A stretch of 64,000 bases of DNA, taken from a virus (Duplodnaviria > Caudoviricetes). Below, piece by piece: positions 29,398 through 37,700 of this stretch. A program made the position numbers and the translations under genes. The notes under the pieces are model-generated. The model saw nothing but the letters and a program-made list of their open reading frames with translations. It was not told where the DNA came from and made no database searches. Within the stretch, counting starts at the first letter, position 1, and every line of letters starts with the position of its first letter. The stretch lies in the IMG/VR virus record IMGVR_UViG_3300035698_029580, one strand, 5' to 3'.

Positions 29398-29834
29398 TAA
29401 AACCCTTTAAAAGCCCTTTTGATGGTAAAGCCGTTGAAAGGGCTGTTTATTGCTCATTTTGCCATGGAAGATTAGGAAATGATCAAGCTGGACAAAATTG
29501 TCCTCTTTGTAAAAATGGACAAGGAGTTTGGATGGAAGTTCAAAATAATTTCCCGGATTTACCTGGTAAAAAACCAAATCCATTAGGTGTTAATGATACC
29601 GTTTATATAGATAAAAATAAACCTATACAAAATGAGGCAAATACGAAAATTGCTAAAAAAGATGAAAAAGATGAAGTAGAAAAAATAGAGATAGAAGAGG
29701 ATATTCCTATGGTTAGTGATACATTTGAATCAGAGGAATTTAAACAGCTTCTTATGCCAAAACAAAAATCAGACGATGTTATAGATGAAGAGGAAATTAT
29801 AATGTCTGCAGATTCTTTAGCAATTGATGGTTAA
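29349..29834 (+). CDS. -1 frame extension with a zinc finger (CSFC..CPLC)
   Basis: Open from the A-run as NLNKVADLAPLEP...; no ATG or RBS at its 5' end. Confidence 0.6.
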   Translation, partial: NLNKVADLAPLEPLQPLKPFKSPFDGKAVERAVYCSFCHGRLGNDQAGQNCPLCKNGQGVWMEVQNNFPDLPGKKPNPLGVNDTVYIDKNKPIQNEANTKIAKKDEKDEVEKIEIEEDIPMVSDTFESEEFKQLLMPKQKSDDVIDEEEIIMSADSLAIDG

Positions 29835-29858
29835 AATAATTTTATAGGATAGTCCTGT

Positions 29859-32800
29859 ATGGCAAAAATGATATTATCAGACAAGTCTCCTAAAAACAAT
29901 AGAAGAAAAGTAGCTTCCAGTGGGGGATATACAGTTCCCACTAAAAATGATCAAAATTATGCTGGAGCACAAACCGCCAATATGCCAATCACAAAATCGG
30001 CACAGTTCACGGGCTCTTCTGCTAATGTAGTATTTACACAACCTATGTTCTTTAGCCCAATGCATACTCCTCAAAACTGGCAAATTGCTAGTAAACGAAG
30101 AGAGGTAATGCAATGGGCTCGTTTTTATTATGAAAATGAACCTACAATTGCTGCTGGTGTAGATTTTTACTCGGAATTTTCCATGAATGGTTTCAAATTA
30201 GAGTGTAAGAGTAAAAAAATACTTAAATATTTTGAACGTGTAGTTGACAGAATTGCTTTACCTACTTGGTTAGATTTTATAAGTCATGAATATTTTCTTC
30301 TTGGAGATGTTTTTCCGTTTGCTGAAATAGATTGTCCTGTCTGCCACGGAACAGGTCAGCTACAAACTCCCGAAGGTATGGAAACATGTAATCATCCTGA
30401 TGGAACAATTAAATCAATTAAAATAATGAACCCTGACTATATAGAAGTACAAGATAATGTACTTGCTGATGAACCAGTTATAGCTCTTATTCCTGATGAA
30501 GAATTAAAAATGATAGTTATGAGGCAACAGCCTCAACATATTTATAATAATTTGCCCATGAGATTAATTGATCTTATTTCAGGTGGGCGTCCTATTCCTC
30601 TTTCAAATAGAAGTGTCAGTCATATAAAATATAATGCTAGTCCTTATGGGACTTATGGTACTTCACTTCTTCGTCGATGTTTCACTCCTCTTGCATATAA
30701 AACTAAGATAATGACGGCAAATTGGATTATTGCCGAAAGACTCATATTACCTATTAGAGTTGTAAAAATAGGAGAAGAAAAGCGTCCTGCTTCAGAAGCA
30801 GATATTGCAGATGTAGTAGATCAAATGGCAGCAGTTGCTAATGATCCGAATCTAACAATTGTTACTCATCATGCTTTTGACCTCGAGTGGTTCGGGGCAG
30901 CGGGCAAGATACATAATATAACTCCTGAATTAGAACATATTGATAAAGAATTATTAAATGGATTAATGTTAAACCAAGCTATTTTGAACGGTGAGGCAGC
31001 AGGATATAATTCGGCACAGGTTGGTATTGAAGTTCTTATTAGAAGATTAGAAAACTGGAGAAACAAATTAAAAGAATGGGTTGAAAAACATATATTCTTA
31101 CCTATATCTATGATGCAAGGATTTATAGATGAAGAAGAGTCAAAATCATCTGGAGAAACAGTATATCTTTATGCAAAACTTGAATTTAACGATCTGAATC
31201 TTAGAGACAATAGCAATAGAATACAAATTTTAATGCAATGTTATGATAAACAACTGGTATCTGCTCAAACAATTTTAGAAGAATTAGATTTAGATTATGA
31301 TTCTGAAGTAAGAAAATTAAGAGAAGAACAAATGATGGTATCTGCCGCTGGTATGATGATGCCTCAAGGAGGAGATATGGGTGGCATGGGAGGATTAGGA
31401 GGAGACATGGGAGGTATGGGTGGTGGTATGGGTGGTGGTATGGGGGGACTTGAGGGCATGGGTGGAGAGATGCCTATGGGTGGAGAAATGGGAATGCCAG
31501 GAGAAGCAGGTATGGGTGGAGGTATGGCCGGAGCCGAAATGGGTGGTGGAGCAGCAGCATCTAGTAATTTATCCATGATAACTAAAAGGGGAAAAAGCAA
31601 ACAAGATGATGACCAATCTCAGGGGCCAATTTTTAAACCAGTTCGTCTTACTGGATTAGAACAAAAAGTACTTAAGGTACTTCGTGGTTTTAATGTTCCT
31701 TACAAATTGTTTGGTCAATATCAAGTAAAGGTTGCTGGAGAACAGAGACCATTTGTTTTAGATTTTGCTTATCCTGAAATAGGTGCGGGAATTGAATGTT
31801 TACATCCTGAGACATATGTTCCAACAACCAATGGAATAAAAATGGCTAAATCTATAGATGAAGGGGAGTATTTAATAGGAAGAAAGGGAGAACCAGTAAA
31901 AGTAATAAGAAAATTTATCAATCAATCTAATGATAAATTATTAAATATAAAAGCAATGGGACTAAACAATTTTAAAGTAACTAAAAATCATCCATTTTTA
32001 ATTTCTAAACCAAAAAGAGTTAGGGTTAGAAGAAATGAACCGAGCAGGATAAAAACAAGAACAAGAGAGTATTTTGTTCCTGATATTCCTAAATTTGTTT
32101 CAGCTTTTAATTTAAAAAATGGAGATTATTTTGTTATTCCTAAAAACAGACAGATATCTAATTCTTATAATATAAAAGAAACTTTAAATTTGTCTTCTTA
32201 TAATGGAAAATCTCATAATTCACATAAACTTCCAGAAAAAATTAAAATGAATAAAGATTTTGGATGGTTAATGGGGATTTACGCTGCTGAAGGATCCTCA
32301 AGTGGGGAAAAAAGCAAAACAGTTGAATTTTCATTTCATATAGATGAAGTTGAATATAGTGATAAAGTACAATGTTTATTAAACAAAATATTTAATTTGT
32401 CTTCTTCTGTTCAGGTATATTTTGAAAATAATTGTAGAAAAGTTGTTTGTTGTAGTACGTCTTTAGGCAGATTTTTATTAGATTCTTTTGGACACAAGGC
32501 TCCAAATAAAAAACTGCCTTCGTGGATGTTTGAGGTTTCCGTAGACTGTAAAGAAGAATTTATGAAAGCATTTTGTCAAGGGGATGGTTGTATTAGACCT
32601 GAAAATGGCATTAATCGCTATATCTCATCGTCACAGAAGTTGCTATTAGATTTACAAGCACTATCTTTTTCTATTGGAAAATTTGCTACAGTTATGTCTT
32701 CCAGAAAAGGTAACAGACTTGCTTGTTTTCCAAGTGGTAAAGAATATAGGATAAAATCATTATGGGAAATGGACATGAATCCTAATATTTGTAGAAAACA

Positions 32801-33263
32801 ACAATATAGAGAAGATGATGATTATTTTTATGTACCAATTAAATCAATAATTGAAGAAAATTATGATGGAAAAGTAATAAATTTTGAGACAAAAGGAGAA
32901 GGAGAAAATGATCATACTTATTTAGTCCACAATGTGGTAACACACAATTGTGACGGAGCTATATGGCACGAGCAAGAGGGTCGTGCAACTAAAGACCAAC
33001 AAAGAGATCAAAAATTAGCAAATGTTGGATGGAGAATTTTAAGATTTAAAGAAGATGCTATTACTGATCATTTACAATCAGTTAGAGATATTATTTATCA
33101 AAATATATTAGAAGCAGGCAAACAAAAAAAGAAAGCAGAGGAAAATAACAGTATACAGAAATATGCTAGTTTATTAAATTCATCTTTAAAAGATACTAAT
33201 ATAAAAATTAGTATTTCTGATATGCCTAATAACTTGGGTCAAATTTGGTTGGTGGGTTACTAA
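29859..33263 (+). CDS. portal protein fused to an intein-split DUF559/Vsr-like nuclease domain
   Basis: Portal-like N-terminal region (RFYYENEP.I..GVDFY.EF, YGTSLLRR) between terL and the protease; Gly/Met linker; LDFAYP..GIE|CDG.IWH...DQQRD..L...GWRILRF. Confidence 0.75.
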   Translation: MAKMILSDKSPKNNRRKVASSGGYTVPTKNDQNYAGAQTANMPITKSAQFTGSSANVVFTQPMFFSPMHTPQNWQIASKRREVMQWARFYYENEPTIAAGVDFYSEFSMNGFKLECKSKKILKYFERVVDRIALPTWLDFISHEYFLLGDVFPFAEIDCPVCHGTGQLQTPEGMETCNHPDGTIKSIKIMNPDYIEVQDNVLADEPVIALIPDEELKMIVMRQQPQHIYNNLPMRLIDLISGGRPIPLSNRSVSHIKYNASPYGTYGTSLLRRCFTPLAYKTKIMTANWIIAERLILPIRVVKIGEEKRPASEADIADVVDQMAAVANDPNLTIVTHHAFDLEWFGAAGKIHNITPELEHIDKELLNGLMLNQAILNGEAAGYNSAQVGIEVLIRRLENWRNKLKEWVEKHIFLPISMMQGFIDEEESKSSGETVYLYAKLEFNDLNLRDNSNRIQILMQCYDKQLVSAQTILEELDLDYDSEVRKLREEQMMVSAAGMMMPQGGDMGGMGGLGGDMGGMGGGMGGGMGGLEGMGGEMPMGGEMGMPGEAGMGGGMAGAEMGGGAAASSNLSMITKRGKSKQDDDQSQGPIFKPVRLTGLEQKVLKVLRGFNVPYKLFGQYQVKVAGEQRPFVLDFAYPEIGAGIECLHPETYVPTTNGIKMAKSIDEGEYLIGRKGEPVKVIRKFINQSNDKLLNIKAMGLNNFKVTKNHPFLISKPKRVRVRRNEPSRIKTRTREYFVPDIPKFVSAFNLKNGDYFVIPKNRQISNSYNIKETLNLSSYNGKSHNSHKLPEKIKMNKDFGWLMGIYAAEGSSSGEKSKTVEFSFHIDEVEYSDKVQCLLNKIFNLSSSVQVYFENNCRKVVCCSTSLGRFLLDSFGHKAPNKKLPSWMFEVSVDCKEEFMKAFCQGDGCIRPENGINRYISSSQKLLLDLQALSFSIGKFATVMSSRKGNRLACFPSGKEYRIKSLWEMDMNPNICRKQQYREDDDYFYVPIKSIIEENYDGKVINFETKGEGENDHTYLVHNVVTHNCDGAIWHEQEGRATKDQQRDQKLANVGWRILRFKEDAITDHLQSVRDIIYQNILEAGKQKKKAEENNSIQKYASLLNSSLKDTNIKISISDMPNNLGQIWLVGY
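31797..32948 (+). mobile_element. intein with LAGLIDADG homing endonuclease (384 aa)
   Basis: Begins CLHPET, block B VTKNHPF, EN motifs MGIYAAEG and FCQGDG, ends THN before a +1 Cys. Confidence 0.92.
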
Positions 33264-33676
33264 TGGAAATTACAAAATATGCAGGTAGAAAAAGAATAAG
33301 AGATAGAGGTATTAAGTGGGAACAAAAATACAGAGAAAGATCTTTACCATTGAAGAAAAAGTTTGAAAAAGAACTTGGACGAAATGGTTATTGGAGATGG
33401 GAAGGGCACGATTATACTACAGATTCTAATTATTTTGTTGTAGCAGCACCATCTCTTACCAAAGACAAAAAGAAGAGATTTTTTGCTGGTATTAAAAAAC
33501 TTCCACATGATGCTAAAGCAAAAGTATATGCTCCTTATGGAGAATATTTTGTTACTATGAAAGCTGCTCTTAGCCATATTACAGAAAAATGGGGAGTTCC
33601 TTTTCCACGAGATGCAATTGATTATTCTTTAGCTGATTTGGCTCCTATTAAAATTCCAAGGCACATGAAAGCCTAA
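33263..33676 (+). CDS. hypothetical head-module protein
   Basis: ATG overlapping the portal stop; MEITKYAG. Confidence 0.6.
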   Translation: MEITKYAGRKRIRDRGIKWEQKYRERSLPLKKKFEKELGRNGYWRWEGHDYTTDSNYFVVAAPSLTKDKKKRFFAGIKKLPHDAKAKVYAPYGEYFVTMKAALSHITEKWGVPFPRDAIDYSLADLAPIKIPRHMKA

Positions 33677-33740
33677 AAATATAAAGGACTTTTTAAAATT
33701 AATTTGCAATTAAAATTGCTGTTAGTTATGGAGATACCTT

Positions 33741-33917
33741 ATGTTATATAGAAATGGATGGAATGGAAATATAAATTATCCTCCAAAATTCGGAGTTGAT
33801 AACACTACAACTGTTGAATCTACTGATACTAAAGAGAAAACTAAAGTATGTCAATCTTGTAAAAATAGTTGTCTTTGTAGTGATATTTTTTGTAGTAAAT
33901 GTGGAGAAAAACTTTGA
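33741..33917 (+). CDS. small zinc-ribbon protein (58 aa, missing from the ORF track)
   Basis: GGAG RBS; CQSC...FCSKCGEKL. Confidence 0.6.
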   Translation: MLYRNGWNGNINYPPKFGVDNTTTVESTDTKEKTKVCQSCKNSCLCSDIFCSKCGEKL

Positions 33918-34435
33918 AAAAAATAGAAACAAATAATTATAAGCAAGCCTTAGTAAATCAGTTTGGTAAAGAAGAGTCTACACATGCTAATAATTGGGGA
34001 TATGATCTTGAAGATGGAAGTAGTAATTCTGGTAAAGTTAGGAAAAAGATAAAAAGAAAAAATAAAACAGTGGTTGAAGCTATGGTAAAAATAGCTCAAT
34101 CTAAGTCAAATATGGATAGAAAAACAAAAAATAAATTAAATGGTCAAATAATACCTTTAACCAAGGGATATCATAATGAAATTCCTTTGGGTGCTATATT
34201 TAATATTTTAGAGCAAAATAATGTTGTTGCTACTCAGGAAGATGGAACTAAATGGTCTGGAATGTTAATTGGAGGGGCACAATGTGGATCTGATAGGTCT
34301 GACGATCAGGTAGCAAAATTTGATTTAGCATTTAACTCTGAAACTGGATTAATTCCTATTTCTAATAGTGATTTGTATTTATCGTGGTGTGTTATGCCAA
34401 GTGGAAGATATGAAATAGTGGCATATATAACCTAA
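33914..34435 (+). CDS. hypothetical head-module protein
   Basis: GGAG plus TTG start giving MKKIETNNYKQA, like the leader of 42969. Confidence 0.6.
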   Translation: MKKIETNNYKQALVNQFGKEESTHANNWGYDLEDGSSNSGKVRKKIKRKNKTVVEAMVKIAQSKSNMDRKTKNKLNGQIIPLTKGYHNEIPLGAIFNILEQNNVVATQEDGTKWSGMLIGGAQCGSDRSDDQVAKFDLAFNSETGLIPISNSDLYLSWCVMPSGRYEIVAYIT

Positions 34436-34445
34436 TGGATAATAA

Positions 34446-34730
34446 ATGAAAATAATTAAAACAGCAAATTATATAAAAATAGCCAGAAAGCCACGATACC
34501 AAGGACAATTAGAGGGGGATGAATTTAGACCTCAAAGTTCTTCATTTCAAGAAGCAATACAGGACAATGAATTAGTTGAGGGGGAACATGTAAAAATGTT
34601 GAGAACTTTTTTGGGAAGAAAAGACTGGAATAAATTTGAGGCATATGTTCAAAAATTAAAAGATGAAGGAAATAGTGAACATAGAATACAAACAATGATT
34701 TCTAATGCTATGCATAGGGCCAAATTATGA
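34446..34730 (+). CDS. small protein with MKIIKTA leader
   Basis: MKIIKTANYIKIAR. Confidence 0.6.
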   Translation: MKIIKTANYIKIARKPRYQGQLEGDEFRPQSSSFQEAIQDNELVEGEHVKMLRTFLGRKDWNKFEAYVQKLKDEGNSEHRIQTMISNAMHRAKL

Positions 34731-37700
34731 TTTTAAAAAAAATAACGGCACAAAATAAATGTGAAATTATTCCTCTTAATAATCCAGATTGGGATATTTA
34801 TGAATTACCCCAAGTTATTAAAACTGCATCTGTAAATAAAGATGGTGATTATGGGGAATTTGACATTAAATCAGAGATTGAGAGACATTCAGATCATCTT
34901 TATGTTAAAATTTTTGCCATTAAAAAAGATGAAATAAATGATAATGGAGATGCTTTTGGTGAAGAAGAATTGATGAAAGCAGCACATACTTTTATAGGAG
35001 TTCCTCTTTTCACAAATCATCAAAATGATGACATTGAAAAGGCAAAAGGGGAGTGTATCCATTCTTGGTATGACAAAGAAGCTGGTGGAATTTATATTAT
35101 CGGTAAAGTTGATAAAGTTGCTTATCCAAAATTAGCTAGAGGAATAAGTGAAAAATATATACGTGGAACTTCAATGGGTACGTCGGTGACATATAGTATT
35201 TGCTCTGTATGTCATAATTTAAGTCCGACAGCCGACACCTACTGTGAACATATAAAAGAAAGAAAAAATCGTAAATTTAGTGGACAAATAAAATGTCGTT
35301 ATTTTGATGGAGAAGGAGACACAGATGATAATTGTCCTCTTTGTGGTTCAACAAAAAAACAAATTAAAACTATCAGTCATAATGAACAGCCTATATATGA
35401 ACATAATTATGGGTTAAAATTTATTGAAAATTCATTTGTAGTTAATCCTGCGTGTCATGATTGTGGAGTTTGTGAGATTTTAAATGTTCCTAATTTCAAA
35501 CAAAAAGTAGCACAATTAAATGAAAGAGTTCAAAAATTATCAGATACCTATGAGAAATCTGAAAAAACTTCTACCATGAAAAAAGTTGCAGGAATGCAAG
35601 AAATTGAATATTTGAAAAATTCAATGACAGAAGTAGAAAAAGTAGTAAAAAGCATGTTAAACCAAAAAGAACAAGTTTCAATGGAATTTGTTTCTGATTT
35701 AGTTAAGGCAATGAGTGAAATCCAGGGAACAATGGATGAGCTTATTGAAATGGGATATACTAAGCTTCCATCTCCAAATGTTACAGCAGAAGGTATGTCA
35801 CCTGATAGTATTGCTGCTCCTACAATTTCACCAGTTTCACCTGGACAAATAACTCCTGTTCCTTCCTCTCCAACTGAAGTTGTAGACACTGGAACTGCCA
35901 GTGTACAAGACTTGGGAGGACTGGGAACTATGACTACTCCGAAAAAAAGTTCAAAAACTTTAAATAAAAAAGAGGATTTTTTAAAGTTAACTAATAAATT
36001 ATATAATAAGATAGCTTCGCTGAAGAACTCTGTAGATAAAAATAGGAGAAAAGGCGTGAAGGGAATCTATGTAACAGCAACTCACGAGGGTGAGGACACT
36101 AGAATTATTGTCTCTCAAGAAGACAATGATATTTTTATTACTAAAGCAAAGGGTGAAAAAATTATTCAGGTTTCTCATATTTCAGAGTTTCCTGAAGATA
36201 TACAGAATTTAGTCCAAAGCGAGCCTGAGTTGGCCGCCAATAAGATTTTAAACAAGGAGTTAGGTTTAAACATGAAAACCAATCAATCAAAAACAGCGGC
36301 TACTAAAGAAAATCAAGAAATTATCACAGAAAAACAACTTGAAAAAGAAGAAGAAGATATAGGGAAACGCTTGGGTTCTACCTATGAAGGTATTACTGAA
36401 AGTAAAGAACAAATTGGTAAAGAAAGTGATGTTAGAAATGACACCACAAGTGAGAGTCCTCAGACTCGAAAAGGTACATATCCTGTCATAACAGAAGGCC
36501 AATTAACTATGTCTACTGATGGTGCCATTGTACGCACTGATGATGTGCCAGAAGTTATTACAGAAAAACAATGGACCGAAATGAGTAATTTAGTCAGTGC
36601 TAAATTAAGTGCTGATTGGACAGAATCTATTACAGAGGCTCAACTTAAGGACTTACTTAGTAGTCATCGTTTTGTTGGTCCTTATGATGTTATTACTGAA
36701 GGTCAGTTAAAGGGTATGGATTTTGGGATAGACCGATGGGCAAATACCAATTATACAAAACAAGTAGTTAAAATAGCAGAAGAAGCTATTTCAGATATTA
36801 TTGCTCATTTTAGAAAAACTCCTCAAGAAATTGCAAAATTTGCTAATCAATTAAGTGAAAATTCTCAATTAAAAGAGAGATTTAACTTTGCAACTATTCT
36901 TAATTCTTTGCCATATAAAAAAGAAGCCCGTAAAGAAATGGTTGATAAATCTTCTTATTTTAATAAATTTGCCACAAATGAAGTAACAAAGATTGCTGAT
37001 GTTGTTGCTGTTAGTATAGCTAATCATGCAAAACATGGTGTTTTTGTTTCAGATGTCACAGATGTTATTTCTCATTTAATAAGTGGAAATAATAAAATTG
37101 CTTCTCGTAGAATAGAACAATTAGTACAAAAGAAAATGGGGAATGTGGAAGAACCTACATTTAATAAATCGGCTGCTTTAGACAGTGTTTTAAAAGAACT
37201 TGATAAGCCCGAAGATGGAGTTTATCAGGTTAGAGCAACGGTAGAAGATATTGGTGTTAAACCCCTGAAAACTAATAAATCTGAATTTTTAGCTGCTGTG
37301 AAAAAACATGCACAATCAATGATAGATACTTCTGAAAATATCACAATTTTAGAAGTACAGCTTACACCAGATGGTGACATTGTTATATCTACATTCAAAG
37401 ATACTGATATGTTAGAAGAAGGAGAAGGTGAGTTAACATCAGATAATTTTGAGCCTGATGTTGGAGATGTTATGGAAAGTGTTGATGAAGAAGTTCCTTT
37501 AGAGGGAGAGTTACCTGAAGAAACTTCTCCATGTAGAATGGCTAAAAAAAGAGAAGGACTTGTTAAAGAGGCCCAAATGATGGGTGGGGAAATGGGTGGA
37601 CAAGGGGGCATGTCTCAAGCACCTGGAGCAGGAGCAACCCTGCCAACTCCTCCTGGATCCATGAATACTCCTCCTGTTGAGAGTTTTGGTAATGAACCTC

